Shown here: piece by piece, positions 27,977-32,000 of the stretch
Numbering within the stretch: the stretch's first letter is position 1
Layout of the letters: each line of letters opens with the position of its first letter
Source of the DNA: Formosa sp. Hel1_33_131
GTDB taxonomy: Bacteria > Bacteroidota > Bacteroidia > Flavobacteriales > Flavobacteriaceae
Assembly: GCF_001735745.1 (NCBI RefSeq)
Contig: NZ_CP017260.1
Location: 1,080,001-1,112,000, forward strand
Length of the DNA: 32,000 nt
Reading direction: 5' to 3'
Made by a program: the position numbers and the translations under genes
The notes under the pieces: generated by a model
What the model saw: the letters and a program-made list of their open reading frames with translations, nothing else
Told to the model about the DNA's origin: nothing
Databases searched by the model: none

Positions 27977-29452
27977 CTATTTAATTTTGAGCACTCCTTG
28001 ATCACTCTCCATAAAGGCATTACTCTGCTGTAATACAGATTCCATACCACCCATGTCTTCTCCTAAAAGCGTATGACTAAAAGCCTGTGCTCTATTGAGC
28101 ATGCGTATATAAACAGCGGCTTCTTGATCTCTGCTCAGCCGCCTCAAACCGCCTAAATAGTCCTCTCGATAGACCGTAGGTATAATTATTTTCGTTTGTG
28201 CTGCGCAGGCCAATTCTGCATTCATCATCACGCGAGCCAGTCTGCCGTTACCATCTAAAAACGGATGCACTTCACTGATGACAAACATCATATAGACCGC
28301 TTTCGCAAAAGGATGCGTTAGCGCCTGATAATAATCAAAACTTTTATGAAGCGTACCAACAACCAATTCCATGTCTACAAATGATGTATTACCAGCACGA
28401 TTGTTCTTGTCTTTAAACTTTCCTGGTTTCTTATCGTCTCTAGCACTTAATAAAGTTTGATGTCTGTATTTTAGAATGTCAATGAACTCTTCTTTTGAAC
28501 TTGGAACAATTTTCATTTCTCTAGGGTTGGAAACCAATTGATAGGTTCCTAAAACATCATGCGAATCTTCATTTCTGGCTGGCAAGGGTTGTTGCGTTGC
28601 AATAACCTGTTTTGCTTCTTCAATTTCAAAAACAGTACCCTCAATATAATTTGAGAAATAACTTTCATAAAACGCAAAATTACGATACGCTCCAGTAGTG
28701 CTGTTTTGCTCCTCTAAATTCTTGAATTCTTGTTGTTGTAATTCTCTAAACAAGTATTCAAATAACGCTATTCGATTTGAATCATAGGGTTGCCCATAAG
28801 CTCTTGCAGTTGCAACAGGAGACTTTAATATGTCAGATGGTTTGGTCGTTAGTAATGCACTAATTAGTTGGTTGAGTTTTTTAAATTCCTTTTGCATTCC
28901 AATTTCTTCTGAAATCGTTCTTGCTCTATCTCTTACTTTATTCAATTCATCTTCTCCATTAACACGTATAATCTGTTCTAATTTTTCTTCTATTTGAGGA
29001 AATGGAAGTGTTTTAGAATCTGACCCAGGTCGTTTTGAGGTTTGTAAATTTTCAAGTAATGCACGCTCTCTTTGAGAAACCATCAAACTTCCTGAAAATA
29101 AGTGATCCCCTTCAATAGCAGTCCAACCCTCTATAAAACGAATCGTTACGCCGGGAAGCTTTACTTTTTTTGTGTATTTGTAGGTTACAAATAATTGCCC
29201 TGTAGCCGTTGGTTTAAACTCAAATGCAGATCGATGACTTAATATAGATCCTGGATATTGATTTCCGAGAATGGAGAAAATGTTTCGCTGAATAATGTTT
29301 TCTGAGGTATCTTCAAAATTAGAAGTATAAATTTTTGAAGCGAGTTTTCTAATCTTACCCTCTTTTTTTAACTTAGATATCTGTCTTGAAATATTTGAAT
29401 CGCTAGATCCGTAAATGATTTCTTGGAGATGTATTTGACTGTTTTTTTCCAT
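27977..29452 (-). CDS. Class II Fic (AMPylase-type) protein with an N-terminal AbiEi-antitoxin-like winged-helix domain
   Basis: 491 aa. The canonical Fic motif HPFLDGNGRLAR matches HxFx(D/E)GNGRxxR. The in-cis inhibitory helix motif SNYIEG matches (S/T)xxxE(G/N). The N-terminus ISRQISKLKKEGKIRKLASKIYTS ... PGSILSHRSAFEF resembles AbiEi (G.l.rl.rGlY ... avis..SAl). Confidence 0.75.
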   Translation of the reverse strand: MEKNSQIHLQEIIYGSSDSNISRQISKLKKEGKIRKLASKIYTSNFEDTSENIIQRNIFSILGNQYPGSILSHRSAFEFKPTATGQLFVTYKYTKKVKLPGVTIRFIEGWTAIEGDHLFSGSLMVSQRERALLENLQTSKRPGSDSKTLPFPQIEEKLEQIIRVNGEDELNKVRDRARTISEEIGMQKEFKKLNQLISALLTTKPSDILKSPVATARAYGQPYDSNRIALFEYLFRELQQQEFKNLEEQNSTTGAYRNFAFYESYFSNYIEGTVFEIEEAKQVIATQQPLPARNEDSHDVLGTYQLVSNPREMKIVPSSKEEFIDILKYRHQTLLSARDDKKPGKFKDKNNRAGNTSFVDMELVVGTLHKSFDYYQALTHPFAKAVYMMFVISEVHPFLDGNGRLARVMMNAELACAAQTKIIIPTVYREDYLGGLRRLSRDQEAAVYIRMLNRAQAFSHTLLGEDMGGMESVLQQSNAFMESDQGVLKIK

Positions 29453-29679
29453 TACAACGACTTAACTCAACAAATTTGATAACTTTTTTCCAATATAGCG
29501 CTATTTTTTACAAATAATTTCCATTATAGGGAAATGCAAATTTCCTAATATAAGTTCAATTTCGATAGATTTTCTCCAATATGACTGAGTTGAAAAAGTT
29601 CAGGTTTTTCAACAATAGATCTACTTAGCTATTTCAAATCATAGAAGCGCGTGGAAATAAAAGATTAAAAAAAAACGAC

Positions 29680-29967
29680 TTAGCGCGTTTTGGCTAATGT
29701 ATCACAAAGTGCCTCTAAATTATCCATTTCGCCCCTTATCGTATCTATAATCTCTTTAGGACTTTTATCTCCTCTGACGGGTTTAAATAAGTCCATTACC
29801 TCTATACCTAAAGTATCCGCAAACTTACCGAGCATTTCAAAACTAGGTGTTTGAGAACCAATAATAATGCGATTAATGCTACCCCTTGACATACCTACTT
29901 CAATCCCAAACCCCTCATACGTATAGCCTTTCTTTTTAATTTGTTCTTTGATGTTTAAAAAATCCAT
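29680..29967 (-). CDS. XRE-family helix-turn-helix transcriptional regulator
   Basis: I chose the start MDFLNIKEQIKKKGYTYEGFGIEVGMSRGSINRIIIGSQTPSFEMLGKFADTLGIEV, a typical HTH_3. The track ORF extends 11 codons further upstream. Confidence 0.8.
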   Translation of the reverse strand: MDFLNIKEQIKKKGYTYEGFGIEVGMSRGSINRIIIGSQTPSFEMLGKFADTLGIEVMDLFKPVRGDKSPKEIIDTIRGEMDNLEALCDTLAKTR

Positions 29968-30038
29968 GAATAACGTTTTTAAGTTTAAGCAAATATACAA
30001 ATTACGTCACTAAACAAATAAAACGTACCATATTGTTT

Positions 30039-30057
30039 GTAATTGTGCCTAATTACA
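30039..30057. promoter_or_regulatory. Candidate operator: perfect inverted repeat TGTAATT-N6-AATTACA in the XRE/repeat-protein divergent intergenic region
   Basis: The sequence tgtaattgtgcctaattaca is centred in the 140-bp divergent region. Related half-site-like sequences lie at 29997-30005 (acaaattac) and 30062-30068 (atttgta). Outer imperfect arms are cgtcact (30004-30010) and agtgacg (30076-30082). Confidence 0.4.
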
Positions 30058-30107
30058 GTACATTTGTAGTCATAAAGTGACGCAATAGAAATCAAAATCT
30101 AAAAACC

Positions 30108-30587
30108 ATGAAACCCCAAACCGCCAAACAACTTACAGATGCCAATCAGAAAGCCCTAAAAGAGGGGAAACCAGTGCCCTACACCAAACAGCAGCACGCC
30201 GCCGCCAAAGGTTGCGACCCCGATGCTAAAAGGTATTGGAACTTTTTTTTAAACGGCAGGGAAGCCTACACCAAAAAAGAATATGCCAATACCAAAGGAT
30301 GTGATGCCCTAGCCGTAATCATATGGAATCGGCTTTTACCAGATGCAGAACCATTCAGCAAACAGGAATACAGCAACACCTATGGCTTGAGTGCTAAGGA
30401 CTTCATTTTATGGAACGAATGCCTGCCAGATGCCGAACCATTCACCAAACAAGAATACAACATCACCTATGGTTTTAGTGCTAACAACTTAACATTGTGG
30501 AACGAATGCCTACCAAATGCCGAACCATTCACCAAGGGTGAAATAAACGAATTGATTAAAGCAAATGACAACGAACACGCTACATAA
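30108..30587 (+). CDS. Hypothetical protein built from four to five tandem 29-aa repeats
   Basis: 159 aa. The repeat units follow the pattern (A/P)EP(F/Y)(T/S)K(Q/K)EY.N..G......WN..LP. The underlying DNA period is 87 bp, and 30339-30425 matches 30426-30512 at 73/87 by hand count. I recognise no known family. Confidence 0.6.
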   Translation: MKPQTAKQLTDANQKALKEGKPVPYTKQQHAAAKGCDPDAKRYWNFFLNGREAYTKKEYANTKGCDALAVIIWNRLLPDAEPFSKQEYSNTYGLSAKDFILWNECLPDAEPFTKQEYNITYGFSANNLTLWNECLPNAEPFTKGEINELIKANDNEHAT

Positions 30588-30727
30588 AATCACATTTGAT
30601 ATAGCGTTTGATTTATGTGAATGGAGACATCTAGGCGTAAAAAAATAATTAGAATCCTATTTTAATAGTATATTTGGATATATCAAAATTTAGTATTACA
30701 ATTTCTGAAGAATTAAATAATTCATAA

Positions 30728-31528
30728 ATGAATTCTCTTTTAAAATTATATGAAACGTATTTAGACCTAAAAAAAGAGGATGATTTTGATTTTGACAAAT
30801 TCAATCAATTTGCGATTGTTCATCACTCAAACTCAATTGAAGGATCTACACTTAGTAAGGAAGAAACTTATCTATTATTAAGCGAAAATTTAACCCCTAA
30901 AAATAAACCCTTAGAGCATACGTTGATGGCTATTGATCATTATGCAGCTTTAAAATACGTGATTGGTTTAGCAGCGTCTAAAACAGAACTGTCCGATGTT
31001 ATTATTAGAAAAATAGCATCCTTAATAATGGATAAAACAGGCTCGGAAATATCGTCTATGGCAGGTAATTTTGATTCCTCAAAGGGGGATTACAGAAAAG
31101 TGACAGTGAGAGCGGGCAATACGACGTTTATGGATTACCAAAAAGTTCCAGAAAAAGTTAATGAGTTATTAAACTATATTAATGACACTATTAATACAGT
31201 AAAAGGGTTTCAACAAATCAATGAATTAGCTTTTGACGCCCACTTTCAGATGGTTTCAATTCATCCATTTGCGGATGGAAATGGAAGACTCAGTCGGCTT
31301 TTGATGAACTATGTACAGCACTACCATAAAATTCCGTTAACAGCGATCTATTTAGAAAACAAATCAGACTATTTTACGGCCTTAGAAGACACTCGAAATC
31401 AGAAAGACATTACTATTTTCAGGAAATTTATGTTTGATCAAACAACTAAAAATCTATTAGAAAAAATAGAGGAACTCTCTCAGAAACAAGTCTCAAAAAA
31501 GGGGAAAGGAATGAATTTTCTTTTTTAA
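30728..31528 (+). CDS. Class II Fic family protein (short form)
   Basis: 266 aa. The Fic motif is HPFADGNGRLSR and the N-terminal inhibitory motif SNSIEG matches (S/T)xxxE(G/N). Confidence 0.85.
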   Translation: MNSLLKLYETYLDLKKEDDFDFDKFNQFAIVHHSNSIEGSTLSKEETYLLLSENLTPKNKPLEHTLMAIDHYAALKYVIGLAASKTELSDVIIRKIASLIMDKTGSEISSMAGNFDSSKGDYRKVTVRAGNTTFMDYQKVPEKVNELLNYINDTINTVKGFQQINELAFDAHFQMVSIHPFADGNGRLSRLLMNYVQHYHKIPLTAIYLENKSDYFTALEDTRNQKDITIFRKFMFDQTTKNLLEKIEELSQKQVSKKGKGMNFLF

Positions 31529-31786
31529 ATTATATTCGCTCAAAATACAATAGATTAATAGAAGGTTTTTTGCTGAAGACGGGACTTAGCTCCGCTGAGT
31601 CCCAGAACCAACATTTTGAGAAAAGCCGACGTCGTTCCATTATTTTCGAAACAAATGCTAATTTTTTGATCGTGCAGTGAAATAAAGCTTATAACTTAGG
31701 ATCTGCAAGAGGGCTAAGTGAAATTTTGTGAAGCCTGAACAAGCTAACGTATAAAATTAGCTCCTATAAAACCCTTGATTAATATA

Positions 31787-31825
31787 AAAAATTAGTGTAA
31801 CTGTTTTTTAGTTACACTAATTTTT
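31787..31825. promoter_or_regulatory. Long AT-rich perfect inverted repeat (15-bp arms, 9-nt loop) just upstream of hicA; operator or terminator
   Basis: aaaaattagtgtaac (31787-31801) pairs perfectly with gttacactaattttt (31811-31825). The repeat ends 12 nt before the hicA ATG. Confidence 0.35.
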
Positions 31826-31837
31826 ATATATTTGTTT

Positions 31838-32000
31838 ATGAGTAAGACAGAAAAACTCTTAGAAAAATTTAAAAGTATTCCTAATGATTTAACGTGGGAT
31901 GAACTCGTTAAAATATTAAATTATTTGGGGTATTTTGAATTATCAAAAAAAGGTAAAACAGGGGGTTCTCGACGAAAATTTGTAAATGAACTAAAAGACG
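31838..32000 (+). CDS. hicA: HicA-family mRNA interferase toxin, 5' part (runs out of the window)
   Basis: My own translation is MSKTEKLLEKFKSIPNDLTWDELVKILNYLGYFELSKKGKTGGSRRKFVNELKD... It matches the HicA/YcfA pattern (..W.EL.K.L...G....R..GSH..F). It is not in the track because it is truncated. Confidence 0.65.
   Translation, partial: MSKTEKLLEKFKSIPNDLTWDELVKILNYLGYFELSKKGKTGGSRRKFVNELKD

Noticed and set aside
29589-29613. Hairpin gttgaaaaa-N7-tttttcaac downstream of the XRE gene, and the repeated tt(t/c)tccaatat motif at about 29486 and about 29572.
   Set aside because: The stem is entirely A/T-rich apart from its ends and is not followed by a T-run on the relevant strand. The short repeats are within chance expectation for AT-rich intergenic DNA.
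31529-31837. A 309-bp region with no convincing ORF that contains the small hairpin gggact-N11-agtccc (31581-31603), short ORFs of 36 aa or less, and the ctgaag-acgggacttag junction.
   Set aside because: I saw no tRNA-like cloverleaf, no terminator T-run and no recognisable protein fragment. It is probably decayed sequence; only the junction motif is used in the fic-repeat finding.
1-32000. Search by eye for CRISPR arrays, rRNA/tRNA genes, IS elements with terminal inverted repeats, integrases or recombinases, and riboswitch-like leaders.
   Set aside because: None was found. The only repeats are those reported above. Absence of an integrase or transposase in the window does not exclude one just beyond the right edge.

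Overview
This window looks like a low-GC Bacteroidota chromosome, most likely a marine Flavobacteriaceae. The evidence is a SusC/SusD pair, a T9SS C-terminal sorting domain, lipoprotein-rich gene content and TAnnTTTG-type -7 boxes. From left to right it contains five blocks. (1) Envelope housekeeping genes: the lspA 3' end, a DegT-family aminotransferase and the Kdo transferase waaA. (2) A canonical laminarin/beta-glucan PUL on the minus strand: a Y_Y_Y/LuxR one-component regulator, SusC, SusD, two PKD-type surface lipoproteins, a GH16 laminarinase and a GH3 beta-glucosidase. (3) A divergent LytTR response regulator and LytS-type histidine kinase pair. (4) A minus-strand cell-surface cluster: an OmpA/thrombospondin-repeat protein, a WecA/MraY-like transferase, a T9SS cargo protein and an untracked 56-aa ORF. 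(5) alkB, followed by an accessory region with a propeller-TM-wHTH regulator, a lipoprotein, two class II Fic proteins, an XRE repressor, a tandem-repeat protein and a hicA 5' end. I found no rRNA, tRNA, CRISPR array, IS element or integrase. Five observations deserve follow-up. A phased 20-bp direct-repeat motif (core GTAACAAACGG) is shared by two promoters in the surface cluster. A decayed copy of the Fic gene unit forms direct repeats around a 4.75-kb cassette. One Fic protein carries an AbiEi-like N-terminus. A 456-bp tandem duplication at about 99 percent identity lies inside a PUL glycan-binding lipoprotein. An XRE-controlled protein is built from 29-aa tandem repeats. All functional calls come from reading motifs by eye; no database search was run.
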